From: Dehalococcoidia bacterium
GTDB taxonomy: Bacteria > Chloroflexota > Dehalococcoidia > Lucifugimonadales > CAUZJF01
DNA length: 64,000 bases
Assembly (NCBI GenBank): GCA_965197985.1
Contig: CBDAOG010000008.1
Location: 1,224,310 to 1,288,309 of the forward strand
Direction of reading: 5' to 3'
Under the pieces are notes generated by a model that had not been told where the DNA came from, did not search any database, and saw only the letters and a program-made list of their open reading frames with translations. How positions within the stretch are numbered: the stretch's first letter is position 1; every line of letters starts with the position of its first letter. Shown piece after piece: positions 9,394-19,568 of the stretch. Both the position numbers and the translations under genes were made by a program.

Positions 9394-10665
9394 TTGACAG
9401 AATATGTAAACGCCGTCATTCACCACGATCAAATCTCTCAGAGTCCTTCATATGGAGGCGTGATAGCTCTTAATGACGGGAGATTGATGTGGGGTTGGGG
9501 GTCAGGTCACGCCGACCCGGTCAGGCCGTTGATGGCCAACTTCTCCGAGGACGGCGGCGCGACCTGGACAGACCCGGTCGAGCTCAAGCAATCCGACGGC
9601 GAGCCTGTGATGGGAATCATGGACGTCAACCTGCTCAGGCTGTCTTCCGGCGCGTTGGGGTTGGCGCAGCGCTCGCTCTATCGGGCAGAGAGCCAGGGGC
9701 AACCCCATCGGGCGGGGCTCTCCTTCCACCGGTCCGACGACGAAGGAGAGACGTGGTCCCAACCCACACCGATCAACCCACCGGAAACCGACGCGGTCTT
9801 CACCAACGACAAGAGCATCGTTTTGAAGGACGGTCGTGTCGTCGTGCCCTTCTATGCGAGCATCGGGCCCATCACCGCCCCGGTCTCGAAGTACAGGAGC
9901 CGCTTCGGGGAGGAGATGGCTACCGCCGAGCTGGGTGCCCTCTCGTACAACTCCGCGTACTACTCCGACGACGACGGCGCGACGTGGACCCGCAGCCGCA
10001 ACGAGACTTACGTGATGCTCGACCATGGCATCGGCGGCAAGTACATCATGGGCGAGCCGGAGTTAGTCGAGCTGGACGACGGACGCATCCTGATGCTAGG
10101 CAGGACGAACCTGGGCGTCTTCTTCCGATGCTATTCAGAAGACCGGGCCGAGACGTGGACCGAGCCGGTACCCACGGGACTGGCCTGTCCCCCGACACCT
10201 TGTAGCGTCGTCCAGCTTCCTGGCACAGGTGACCTGCTGGTCGTCTTCAATCAGATCTCCCGTTGGGAGGGCATGATCGGCGTATACCGTCACCGGCTCA
10301 GCACCGCCGTCAGCAAGGATGACGGCGAGACATGGGAACACCATAAGAACCTCGAATCGCTGGACGACGTGACTTACGTGGAGCCTGACGGGCTGGCGCC
10401 CTTCCACCAGGCCAAGTTCAAACAACCGATTGACCGCACCCGCTACCACCGGGCTCCCGGCCCTCTGAGGTTCTCGTACCCTAGCTGCACGGTCGTAGGA
10501 GACCGGGTGATCATCACCTACGGCATGAGCGTGTTCGGCGACAAATCGGTGATCGCCGACACGTACGGCGTGGACTACGACCAGCTCATGGAGGAGATTG
10601 GGCTTGCACCCTACGACTCGGGGAACAAGATTCGCGTTCTGTCGCCGGAGTGGTTCTACCAGTGA
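9394..10665 (+). CDS. Sialidase-family (BNR/Asp-box) protein
   Basis: Five Asp-box motifs of SxDxGxTW type. Confidence 0.8.
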   Translation: MTEYVNAVIHHDQISQSPSYGGVIALNDGRLMWGWGSGHADPVRPLMANFSEDGGATWTDPVELKQSDGEPVMGIMDVNLLRLSSGALGLAQRSLYRAESQGQPHRAGLSFHRSDDEGETWSQPTPINPPETDAVFTNDKSIVLKDGRVVVPFYASIGPITAPVSKYRSRFGEEMATAELGALSYNSAYYSDDDGATWTRSRNETYVMLDHGIGGKYIMGEPELVELDDGRILMLGRTNLGVFFRCYSEDRAETWTEPVPTGLACPPTPCSVVQLPGTGDLLVVFNQISRWEGMIGVYRHRLSTAVSKDDGETWEHHKNLESLDDVTYVEPDGLAPFHQAKFKQPIDRTRYHRAPGPLRFSYPSCTVVGDRVIITYGMSVFGDKSVIADTYGVDYDQLMEEIGLAPYDSGNKIRVLSPEWFYQ

Positions 10666-13600
10666 CCTTCGGTTTCCTCAGGACCGGCGGCGAGAAGAAG
10701 CCCGATGTCGACGAGCTGCTGGACGACCTGAGCCGAACTGCATCTACTTCGCCCATCTTCAATGAGGTCTGGCCCGGAATCGTCGACGCCATCCGTCCTC
10801 TCGTTCCCTTCGACCGCATCGCGGTTGGGGCCGTTGACGACCAAGCCGAGACCTTCACCGAAGAGTACGTCTTCGGACTTGAGATCGAGGACAGGTCACC
10901 AGGGGAGCCTCATTCGACAGCTGAGACGGTCACCGCCGCCGCGATATCCGGGCAGGCCGCCGTTCTCGAGAAGAGTGAACGCCTCGAGGAAATCCTAGGG
11001 CGGTTTCCAGGCGCCCGCGCGGCCCTCAAGGCGGGGATCAGGTCTTTCATCGCCGTGCCAATGACCGCCGGAGAGGGCGTGGCGGCGGCCCTGGTGATCG
11101 AGTCGGTTGACCACGATGCCCATTCGGAGCGCCACCTTCGCATCGTCCAGCGCATCGGGGCTCGAATCCTGGGCGCTTATGCGAACTCGCGCAGGTTCGC
11201 CGACGCTGCACGGGAGACGAAAGAGAATAGCGCACTCGCCGAGATTGGCCGTCACGTCGCCGGCCTCCGAGAACTGTCCGACCTGAAGGGCATTGAGACC
11301 CGCGCTCGCGACCTCATTCCGTTCGACCGGCTCACGGTTACAGTGCTGGACCGAGAAGGACGCAACGGGACCGATGCCTTCGTAAACGGCGCTCCAGTGA
11401 CCGGGTGGGGCGAGGGCTGCACGTTCGACGTCGAGGGGACCCCCCTAGAGACCGTCCGAGACTCGCGGTCTATTCTCGTCGTTAACGCCGACAGTCCGGC
11501 CGAGCTATCGAGTAAGCTGCCGGCCGAGGCCCCTGGGACAGCTTCTGGGTACCGGTCGCTCGTGGCCGTGCCGCTCGTGTCCGAAAACCGGGTTGTGGGG
11601 ACGGTCACCTTTCGATCAACCACGGTCGACGCATATTCGGACCGTCACGAGGAGCTCGCCGAGCTGCTCGCTTTGCAGATCGTCGGCTCTATCGCAAACG
11701 CCCAGGTGTTTTCCAGGATACGCCGTAGCTCGGAAATCGATACCGTCCTAGCCGACATTGGTCGGCTGATTCACTCCGCCCATGAGCTGCAGGATGCCTT
11801 CGGCGAGCTTGCTGGACTTCTGCGTATCCTGATCCCTCTCGAACACGTCGTGGTCGCGGCGATCGACGCCGGCGAGCGCGAAGTGGTGATCGAATACGCT
11901 GGCGGCGCCGAACCAGCCGGAATGTCGCAAGGGGACGCTCTACCCCTCAGCGAGAAGATGGTCGATGCGCTGGTTGAAACGCGGTCCGGCCTGGTCGCGT
12001 CTTCGGACGAACTCGAGGTGAGCTTTCCGGATTGGCGGTTCTTGGCAGCCGCAGGAATCCAGTCGATCGCCGCCGCCCCGTTGATCGCCGGCGGAGAGGC
12101 TTTCGCGGTGATCATGCTGCTTTCGACCTCGGAGCGTTCGTACAGCGACGAGGACCTGGACTTGCTCGGGCGCGTCGCTGCGCAAGTCGCCGGTCCTATC
12201 GCCGGCACGCACGCCAATACCCGTCTTGCGACGGAGGCCGCCGAGGCCGAGTTCATCGGGAAGGCCGCTCAGCTAGCGCCCCCGGCGTTCCGAACCGGTG
12301 ACTATGAGCCGTTAGCCACGCACGTCGCAAAGTCGCTGCCGTTCGACCGACTTGAGCTCGAGGACATTGACCTGAACAACCAACGAGTTGTCGGGAGGTT
12401 TGCTTATGGCGGGGGGCCCGATGGGGGCCTCGACGTGGAGCCTCGTCCTCTGGCTAAGAGCCTATCTGAACGAGTTGTAGGATTGGCAGAGCCGGTCATC
12501 GTCCAGGCCCCGGAGAACGGCGAGCCGGCGCCGGACTCGTTGGAGCCCGCTGTCGAAGCAGGCCTGAAGTCCTTCCTTGTGGTGCCGCTGGCGGCCGGCG
12601 ATACCGTGGTCGGTGCGTTGACGCTGAGCTCGGCCTCTGTCGAGTACGAGGAAAGGATGCTGGACCTGGCCGGGCGAGTCGGCGCGGTCCTCGGCGGCCC
12701 CCTCGCCGAGGCCCAGTCACGCGAACAGCTGAGCCGACGAGCCGACGAGGCGGAGCTCGTCGCGGAGCTTGCCCGGTTGACTGCCTCGTCATCGAACACG
12801 GCAACCTACGAGGCGATCGCAGAGCAGATCCAAAGCCGAATCCCATTCGACCGCCTGGAAGTCGCGACGTTTGAAGGCGAGGATGGGACGCTCAGGCTTA
12901 CGTTTGCTGCTGCTGTCGACCTAGCGGAATCCGACGACTGGACGGTAAAGCCGCTCGCTGGTTCCGTTTACGAAGAGGCTTTTCGCCAGGGCGCGGGCGT
13001 CGTCCTCCGGCAGCCGGTAACCGAAGACGGTGAGGCAGGGCTGCAGTCGTACCTGGTGGTCCCACTGGCCTCCAACAACGAGATCGCCGGCGGCCTGCTC
13101 CTCGCCTCGACAAACGGCGAGGCGTACGGGGACCGAGAGCTGGCCCTCGCCGCACGTGTGGGACTGCAGCTAGCCGGAGCGCTCACTAAGCCTTTCAGCC
13201 GGCGGGGTCACGAGCCTGACCGCGACGAGCTTGTGGCCCTGGCCGAGATGGGCCGGACGCTGACCTCGTCGATTGACCTCGACGAGGTCTACGACCGGTT
13301 CGCAGAGCTGGCAGGCCAGCTAGTCCACTACGACCGCCTCGCTATCTGGACCATCGATCTGGAGCGCAAGAACCTCGTCTGCTCATTCGTCCGAGGCGTC
13401 GATGTACCGGGGGCCGAGCAGGGCAAGGTGATTCCGCTACATGGACTAGCTCCCGCCATGGCCGTCTCTCTTAGCTCCAAGCTGGTCGTCGAGGACGGCC
13501 CCGTGGACGCCTTAGGAGAAGGCCTTCAGGACGTCGTTCGGGGTACTGCTGCCGCCCTCCCGGCGATGTTGCTGGTGCCTCTCGTAGTCGATCGGGAGAC

Positions 13601-14774
13601 CGTCGGCATGCTAGGCCTCAGCTCTGTACGGCCGAATGCGTACTCGGAACGCGACATATCGATGGCCGAGAGCGTCGGCGCGCAGATCGCCGGGGCGGTC
13701 GCCAACGGCCAGCTATACCGGGAGAGCAGGGAGGTCGAGGAGGCTGTGCGGCACGTGGTCGAGCGTCTCGATCTCGCCATGGAGGGCTCTGGTGAGCTGC
13801 TCTGGGACTGGCGGATCTCGGAGAACGAAGTCTGGTGGTCCCCAAAGGATCACCGGGCCGTCGGAGACCCCATGGCTGGGCCACAGGGGGTCCGCAGCGA
13901 CTGGCAGGAACGGCTGCATCCTGACGATAGCGAGCGAGTACTCACTGCCCTGAAACGTCACCTGGAGAGCGGTGACGCGTACGACGTGAGATACCGCTAC
14001 CGTACCGACGCCGGCGAATACCTGATGGTTGCCGACCGCGCGAACGCCGTTCGCGACCAGGAGGGGCAGCCTGTCCGAATGGCCGGCTCGCTCCGAGACA
14101 TTACGGAAGTCGATGATGAGTCGTTGCACAGCTACCAGGGTCCCCATGATCTCGCGGCGGCGCTGGCGATTACTCAGCGCTTCAGAGACGCGGTGCTTGC
14201 TGTGCCCGACGACGAAACCGAAGAGGCGACATATGCCTCGACCCTCGCTTCGGCGGGAGAGCCGGTCGCCAGGCTGATCACCGATCTGCAGAGGCTCGCC
14301 GGGGTGGCCGATGTCGAGTTGACAAGAGAAAGTGTCGACTTGAGGTCCCTGGCTCGGGCCGCTATCAGGAGGCTCCGGAAGGCCCACCCGGACAGGACGG
14401 TGACAACGACCGTGGCGACCAAGATGACCGTCAACGGCGACCGCGAGCTACTTAGGCTCATGCTGGGGGACCTGCTCGACAACGCTTGGAAGTTTACCGC
14501 GGAGCGTGAAGACCCCAGCGTCGACGTCGGGTGGGAGGAGCAAGACGGCGAGACGCGCTACTATGTCAGAGACAACGGCGTCGGGTTCGATCAGGCCGAC
14601 GCCAGCAGGCTGTTCGGGATTTTCCAACGCCTTCATGCAAACACGGACTTCGAGGGCGTCGGCGTTGGGCTGGCGACGGTCCGACACATCGTGCAGCTCC
14701 ACGGAGGTCGCGTTTGGGCGGAAGGTGAAATCGACGGGGGTGCCACCTTCTACTACACCTTGTCCGACTCCTGA
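10662..14774 (+). CDS. Cytoplasmic sensor histidine kinase with six GAF repeats, PAS, atypical HisKA and HATPase
   Basis: Repeated (I/V)PFDR...VPL units; LWDW...WQERLHPDD PAS; NAWKFT, DNGVGF and GVGLA boxes; GTG start overlaps upstream stop. Confidence 0.85.
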   Translation: MTFGFLRTGGEKKPDVDELLDDLSRTASTSPIFNEVWPGIVDAIRPLVPFDRIAVGAVDDQAETFTEEYVFGLEIEDRSPGEPHSTAETVTAAAISGQAAVLEKSERLEEILGRFPGARAALKAGIRSFIAVPMTAGEGVAAALVIESVDHDAHSERHLRIVQRIGARILGAYANSRRFADAARETKENSALAEIGRHVAGLRELSDLKGIETRARDLIPFDRLTVTVLDREGRNGTDAFVNGAPVTGWGEGCTFDVEGTPLETVRDSRSILVVNADSPAELSSKLPAEAPGTASGYRSLVAVPLVSENRVVGTVTFRSTTVDAYSDRHEELAELLALQIVGSIANAQVFSRIRRSSEIDTVLADIGRLIHSAHELQDAFGELAGLLRILIPLEHVVVAAIDAGEREVVIEYAGGAEPAGMSQGDALPLSEKMVDALVETRSGLVASSDELEVSFPDWRFLAAAGIQSIAAAPLIAGGEAFAVIMLLSTSERSYSDEDLDLLGRVAAQVAGPIAGTHANTRLATEAAEAEFIGKAAQLAPPAFRTGDYEPLATHVAKSLPFDRLELEDIDLNNQRVVGRFAYGGGPDGGLDVEPRPLAKSLSERVVGLAEPVIVQAPENGEPAPDSLEPAVEAGLKSFLVVPLAAGDTVVGALTLSSASVEYEERMLDLAGRVGAVLGGPLAEAQSREQLSRRADEAELVAELARLTASSSNTATYEAIAEQIQSRIPFDRLEVATFEGEDGTLRLTFAAAVDLAESDDWTVKPLAGSVYEEAFRQGAGVVLRQPVTEDGEAGLQSYLVVPLASNNEIAGGLLLASTNGEAYGDRELALAARVGLQLAGALTKPFSRRGHEPDRDELVALAEMGRTLTSSIDLDEVYDRFAELAGQLVHYDRLAIWTIDLERKNLVCSFVRGVDVPGAEQGKVIPLHGLAPAMAVSLSSKLVVEDGPVDALGEGLQDVVRGTAAALPAMLLVPLVVDRETVGMLGLSSVRPNAYSERDISMAESVGAQIAGAVANGQLYRESREVEEAVRHVVERLDLAMEGSGELLWDWRISENEVWWSPKDHRAVGDPMAGPQGVRSDWQERLHPDDSERVLTALKRHLESGDAYDVRYRYRTDAGEYLMVADRANAVRDQEGQPVRMAGSLRDITEVDDESLHSYQGPHDLAAALAITQRFRDAVLAVPDDETEEATYASTLASAGEPVARLITDLQRLAGVADVELTRESVDLRSLARAAIRRLRKAHPDRTVTTTVATKMTVNGDRELLRLMLGDLLDNAWKFTAEREDPSVDVGWEEQDGETRYYVRDNGVGFDQADASRLFGIFQRLHANTDFEGVGVGLATVRHIVQLHGGRVWAEGEIDGGATFYYTLSDS

Positions 14775-16084
14775 TGTGCATGTTCTGGGGCTGCATCGTA
14801 GCGGCCTTCATGGCCGTCGCCTGCGGCGAAGACAGCCCTCTCATGAGTCCGCCGCCTTCCGTGGCGACAATGTCCGCGCTGGCCACTGAAGACCAGCCGC
14901 AAGAAGTGGACCCCGCCAGATCTTCGGCCCCAGACCCAGTTAGTCCCACGATTCCGCAGTCGGCCCCGCTTCAGGAGATGGCGGTCGAGCGGGCCTTCCC
15001 CAATTTGTCCTTCGGCCGCATGGTCGACCTCACGTTCCCGGACGACGGCACCAACAGGCTTTTCCTCGTCCTCCAGCCCGGACGGATTGAGGTCTTCGAG
15101 AACGAGCAGAGCGTCGACTCGACCAAGACCTTCCTCGACATAACCGGTCGGGTGAACGACGGTGGAAACGAGGAAGGCCTGTTGGGACTGGCGTTCGACC
15201 CCGACTTTCGCACCAACGGGCACTTCTACGTCAACTACACCGCCTCCAGCCCCCAACGCACCGTCGTCTCGCGTTTCTCCGTAAGCGCTGACGACCCCGA
15301 CCGCGCCGATCCCAGAAGCGAGCAGGTTATCCTGGAGGTCGAGCAGCCGTTCAGCAATCACAACGGTGGCCAGGTGGCGTTCGGCCCCGACGGCTACCTG
15401 TACATTGGGCTCGGCGATGGTGGCTCGGCTGGGGACCCAAGAGGCAACGGCCAGAACCTCGATACCCTGCTCGGGACAATCCTGCGCATCGACGTACGGT
15501 CGACTGGGGCAGGCAATCCCTACGCCATCCCATCCGACAATCCCTTCGCCGGCAACGATGACGGCGCACGAGGGGAGATCTGGGCTTATGGCCTCAGGAA
15601 CCCGTGGCGCTTCAGCTTCGACGGCGAAACCGGCAATCTCTGGACAGGCGACGTGGGCCAGAACGCCTGGGAGGAGATCGACGTCATCAGGCCCGGGCTC
15701 AACTACAGCTGGAACGTGATGGAAGGCGCGCACTGCTACCTGGGCGGCCGGACGGCACGACAGTTGCTGGCGGCTGGGCCCGAAGGGTGCGACATGACAG
15801 GCCTGGAAAAGCCGATCGCGGAGTACAGGCACGACGACGGCTGCTCGGTCACGGGCGGTTTCATCTATCGCGGGCAACGGCTTCCTTCGCTATACGGGGC
15901 GTACGTCTACGGCGACTTCTGCAGCGGCAAGATATGGGCGCTCAGGTACGACGGCACCGCAGTCACGGAGCACCTTGAGCTAGTGGACTCTAACTTGAGC
16001 ATATCCGCCTTTGGCCGGGACCAGAGCGGCGAGCTGTACATGTTGTCGTTCGACAACAAGATTTACCGGCTTGGTCCGAGATGA
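14774..16084 (+). CDS. PQQ-dependent sugar dehydrogenase (glucose/sorbosone family), probable lipoprotein
   Basis: GLLGLAFDP, NHNGG-x3-FGPDGYLY, YGLRNPWR; VAC lipobox-like N-terminus. Confidence 0.88.
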   Translation: MCMFWGCIVAAFMAVACGEDSPLMSPPPSVATMSALATEDQPQEVDPARSSAPDPVSPTIPQSAPLQEMAVERAFPNLSFGRMVDLTFPDDGTNRLFLVLQPGRIEVFENEQSVDSTKTFLDITGRVNDGGNEEGLLGLAFDPDFRTNGHFYVNYTASSPQRTVVSRFSVSADDPDRADPRSEQVILEVEQPFSNHNGGQVAFGPDGYLYIGLGDGGSAGDPRGNGQNLDTLLGTILRIDVRSTGAGNPYAIPSDNPFAGNDDGARGEIWAYGLRNPWRFSFDGETGNLWTGDVGQNAWEEIDVIRPGLNYSWNVMEGAHCYLGGRTARQLLAAGPEGCDMTGLEKPIAEYRHDDGCSVTGGFIYRGQRLPSLYGAYVYGDFCSGKIWALRYDGTAVTEHLELVDSNLSISAFGRDQSGELYMLSFDNKIYRLGPR

Positions 16085-16794
16085 CGTCGTTGCCAGCCGC
16101 TGTGTTTTTCGACATGGACGGCACCCTTCTCGACTGGGGTGACCCCGACGAACACTGGCGTGAGATCTGTAACGAGATCGCGTCAGAAGTCGACGGCCTG
16201 GCACCCGAGGACCTGTTCAAAGCTATCACCGGCCGGCGCGATTGGTTCTGGTCGAGTCCGGAAAAAGCTCGGTTGGGACGCCTCGACCTCGATTCCGCCC
16301 GTCGAGAGATCGTCGGTGCCGCCCTGCATGCCATGGACGTAGAGAGCTCATCCTTCGCGGACAGGGTCGCGGACCTCTACTCCGACAGGCGGTGGGAGGC
16401 AATCGAGCTGTCGCCGGGAGCACTCGATGTACTGAGCGAGCTCCGACGCAGAGGGACCGCATTGGCGTTGGTCACCAACGAAGGCAGCAAGAGCCAGCGT
16501 CGCAGCATCGACAGGTTCGGTCTCATTGACTTCTTCGATCATGTCCAGATCGAAGACGAGTTCGGACTCGGCAAACCCGACCGGCGGGTGTTCGAAAACG
16601 TCCTCGCAGGATTGGGCGTCAACGCTACCGATGCCTGGATGGTCGGGGACAACCTCGAGGCGGATGTTGCTGGGGCGCAAGCTGCTCGGATATTCGCCGT
16701 CTGGTACGACCCTGCATCCGCGGGAGTGCCGGACTCCGCGGAAGCAAGGCCGGATAGAGTCATCGGTAGGCTGCACGAGCTACTACCGCGCTGA
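16081..16794 (+). CDS. HAD-superfamily hydrolase
   Basis: FDMDGTL, VTN, GKPD, MVGDNLEADV. Confidence 0.85.
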   Translation: MTSLPAAVFFDMDGTLLDWGDPDEHWREICNEIASEVDGLAPEDLFKAITGRRDWFWSSPEKARLGRLDLDSARREIVGAALHAMDVESSSFADRVADLYSDRRWEAIELSPGALDVLSELRRRGTALALVTNEGSKSQRRSIDRFGLIDFFDHVQIEDEFGLGKPDRRVFENVLAGLGVNATDAWMVGDNLEADVAGAQAARIFAVWYDPASAGVPDSAEARPDRVIGRLHELLPR

Positions 16795-16841
16795 CAGCCC
16801 GCGCGCCCCAAGATGCAGCGGTAAAGTGGACTATGTGAAAC

Positions 16842-16871
16842 TTGACACAAACGGCGACGCGGTACTAAAAT
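16842..16871 (+). promoter_or_regulatory. Sigma70-type promoter of the yceD-rpmF operon
   Basis: TTGACA-N18-TAAAAT about 50 bp upstream of the start. Confidence 0.6.
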
Positions 16872-16921
16872 ACCCGTTCGTTCAGGTATGAGTCCTTCGT
16901 GTCGGTAGGGGGCTCGTTTTT

Positions 16922-17464
16922 ATGTTCTTTAACGTCTCTCAGCTAATGATGGAGCCCAGCGGCTCGACTCGGGCGTATAACGTCGACGAGGACCTCCTTG
17001 CACGCGAAGGCGATGGAGCCCAACGCTACACGGGCTCTGCAAGGCTCTTCAAGACCGACCGGGGCATTTGGGTAAGTCTCGATCTGGAATCCGAGGCCTT
17101 CTGTACCTGCAGCAGGTGCTTGGAGGAGTACAGACAGCCGGTTCGCGTAGTCATCGAAGAGGAGTTCTTCTCGCATTTCGATCCGTATACAGGACAGCCG
17201 CGGGGGCTTTCCGACAGCGAAGAGAACTTCAGCATCGACGCGAACCACACGCTAGACCTCACGGAGGCTGTGCGACAGTACTCGACGCTGAACATTCCGA
17301 TGCAGCAGACGTGCCGTGAAGGCTGCAAGGGGATCTGTGCGACCTGCGGCTCCAACCGAAACGAAGTCGAGTGTCAGTGCGACCTAGCTGTCAGAGATAG
17401 CCGGTGGGGCGTCTTACTCGAGATGGCGGCCGCCGAAACAATGAGCGATATCGGAGAGAGATAA
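16922..17464 (+). CDS. DUF177 / YceD family protein
   Basis: CSRCL and C-x3-CKGIC-x2-CG motifs; immediately upstream of rpmF. Confidence 0.9.
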   Translation: MFFNVSQLMMEPSGSTRAYNVDEDLLAREGDGAQRYTGSARLFKTDRGIWVSLDLESEAFCTCSRCLEEYRQPVRVVIEEEFFSHFDPYTGQPRGLSDSEENFSIDANHTLDLTEAVRQYSTLNIPMQQTCREGCKGICATCGSNRNEVECQCDLAVRDSRWGVLLEMAAAETMSDIGER

Positions 17465-17659
17465 ATGGGAGCTGTTCCCAAGAAAAAACACTCCAAGAGT
17501 AGGACGAGGCGAAAGAGGTCGCACTTTGCGCTTCGCGCTCCTTCGCTCTCGATCTGTCCGCAATGCAGGAGCGCGAGGCTCCCACATCGTGTTTGTCCTT
17601 CCTGTGGGTACTACAACGGTCGCGAGGTCGTTCCTCAGGCCGCCGGCGACGAGGGTTAA
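17465..17659 (+). CDS. rpmF: 50S ribosomal protein L32
   Basis: AVPKKKHSKSR...CPQC...HRVCPSCGYYNG. Confidence 0.96.
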   Translation: MGAVPKKKHSKSRTRRKRSHFALRAPSLSICPQCRSARLPHRVCPSCGYYNGREVVPQAAGDEG

Positions 17660-17703
17660 CGCCCAGTCCGGCGGTCCCACTCAGTGACTAGAGGGGGGTC
17701 TCT

Positions 17704-18684
17704 ATGAGCTTGCGTGAACGCACCGGCGCTCAAATCTTCCAGCCATTGCCGCATGGAGAGGATGTCGCGTACCTGTTCCCCGGACAGGGGACCCAGGCTG
17801 TCGGCATGGGCCAGGAACTCTACGATAGCTCTCCGGCCGCGAGGTCGGTGTTCCACGACGTCGACATGGCGTTGGAACGCCCTCTGACCAAGCTGCTGTT
17901 CTCTGGACCCGAGGACGAGCTTCGGGAGACCATCAATGCCCAGCCCGCCATCATGGCGGTCAGTCTGGCCTGCGTCGCGGCCATCCGCGAGAATCTCGGG
18001 GACGACGCCATGCCCCGCCCGGCGATGGTGGCCGGTCACAGTCTTGGCGAATACACGGCGCTTGCCGTCGCGGGAGTCCTCGACGTCGGCGACACCACAC
18101 GGTTGGTAATGGCGCGGGGCCGGTTGATGCAGGAGGCCTGCGATCAACAGCCCGGCAGCATGGCAGCGGTCCTCAACCTCGATCAGCTGACGATGGAGGA
18201 AATCGCGCGAGAGACCGGCACCTACGTCTCCAACGTCAACACCGCGGAGCAGATCGTCATCAGCGGGGAACGCATGGCCCTAGCCCAGGCGCTTGACCTG
18301 GCGATGGCGAGAGGTGCCAGAAAGGTGATCCCGCTGAGCGTCGGCGGGGCGTTCCACTCGGCGCTTATGGAGCCCGCGAAGGCCGGCCTCGTCGAGGCGG
18401 TCGACAGTCTGAAGTTCAAAGACCCCACCGTACCCATCGTGGCCAACTGCACAGGCAAGCCACTGACGACGGGGGAAGAGGCCAAGCAGGAACTAATCTC
18501 TCAGATATCAAGCTGCGTACAATGGAAGCAGACTATCGACTACATGGTCGGTTCGGGCGTATCATCTTTCGTCGAGGTCGGACCCGGCAAGGCGTTGGCC
18601 GGCATGGTGAAGCGCATCGACAGGTCGGCGGAAGCGGTTAGCGTGGGCGACATCGACTCGATTCTCCGGCTGCGGAGAAACTAA
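17704..18684 (+). CDS. fabD: Malonyl-CoA-ACP transacylase
   Basis: FPGQG, GHSLGEY, AFHS, EVGPG. Confidence 0.95.
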   Translation: MSLRERTGAQIFQPLPHGEDVAYLFPGQGTQAVGMGQELYDSSPAARSVFHDVDMALERPLTKLLFSGPEDELRETINAQPAIMAVSLACVAAIRENLGDDAMPRPAMVAGHSLGEYTALAVAGVLDVGDTTRLVMARGRLMQEACDQQPGSMAAVLNLDQLTMEEIARETGTYVSNVNTAEQIVISGERMALAQALDLAMARGARKVIPLSVGGAFHSALMEPAKAGLVEAVDSLKFKDPTVPIVANCTGKPLTTGEEAKQELISQISSCVQWKQTIDYMVGSGVSSFVEVGPGKALAGMVKRIDRSAEAVSVGDIDSILRLRRN

Positions 18685-18727
18685 CGGGGACCTGCCGTAC
18701 AATCGGTACCTTGCGAGTGATGTCGAA

Positions 18728-19210
18728 TTGAACACCGCCGCCACCGCCGACGTCCGGTCACCCACCAACCGCCGAAAAGCCCGTGTCGCCGCCCTTCAGG
18801 TACTGTACGAGATCGATGGCGCTAGACATGATCCCGTCCGTGTTCTCGAGAGTCGTCTGAGTGATTCTGGCCTGGTTCGGTCCTCGGAAGAGTACGCCCG
18901 ACGACTCGTCGAGGGATTCCTGGAACACCGGGAGGGGATCGACTCGACGATATCGACTCATGCGCCGACCTGGCCGCTCCGCCAGATCGCGATGGTCGAC
19001 CGGAACATCCTCAGGCTCGCAATATTCGAAATCGTGAAGGGCGGCGACACGCCGCGCAAAGTGGCAATCAACGAGGCCGTTGAAATGGCGAAGACCTTTG
19101 GCGCCGATGCGTCGCCTAAATTCGTCAACGGAGTGTTAGGATCGATTCTGGAAGAGATAGACCCAATAGAGCGGGAGACTTCGAGGGAGAAGACTAATGG
19201 CGACAGTTGA
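18728..19210 (+). CDS. nusB: Transcription antitermination factor NusB
   Basis: [31 protein letters not shown]. Confidence 0.95.
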   Translation: MNTAATADVRSPTNRRKARVAALQVLYEIDGARHDPVRVLESRLSDSGLVRSSEEYARRLVEGFLEHREGIDSTISTHAPTWPLRQIAMVDRNILRLAIFEIVKGGDTPRKVAINEAVEMAKTFGADASPKFVNGVLGSILEEIDPIERETSREKTNGDS

Positions 19211-19457
19211 AGAACGGGTGCGAACGGTAGTTGCAGATAAGCTTAGCGTCGACGAGGACGAGGTGATTGCCGGCGCGTCATTCACCGAAGACCTGAACGC
19301 CGACTCCCTCGACCTCGTCGAGCTTATCATGGCCTTCGAAGAGGAGTTTGGCTCCGAAGATCAAGCCCTCGAAATCTCGGACGAAGACGCCGAAGGGATC
19401 ACCAACGTACAACAGGCCATCGACTACCTGAAGGGCCACGGCGTAGAGGACGAATAG
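19197..19457 (+). CDS. acpP: Acyl carrier protein
   Basis: [12 protein letters not shown]. Confidence 0.95.
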   Translation: MATVEERVRTVVADKLSVDEDEVIAGASFTEDLNADSLDLVELIMAFEEEFGSEDQALEISDEDAEGITNVQQAIDYLKGHGVEDE

Positions 19458-19504
19458 CAACGTACCTCAGCCTGCCCTCCATCGTTGCCCGGCTGTCGGC
19501 GACC

Positions 19505-19550
19505 GGGCCTCTTCCCTTTCGAACGGTGGGGGGAGATCGAGAAAAGGGCT
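19505..19550 (-). repeat. Degenerate CCCTC..CCTCTCCC..GGGAGAGG-type palindromic repeat (intergenic)
   Basis: Reverse complement gcccttttctcgatctccccccaccgttcgaaagggaagagg resembles the copies in etfA, prmC and at 47622. Confidence 0.5.
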
Positions 19551-19568
19551 CTTGCCTCGGAGGAATCG

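Noticed and set aside
17728-17762. Third in-frame palindrome in the fabD N-terminus (QPLPHGE)
   Set aside because: The peptide is suggestive but the DNA palindrome is too degraded to support.
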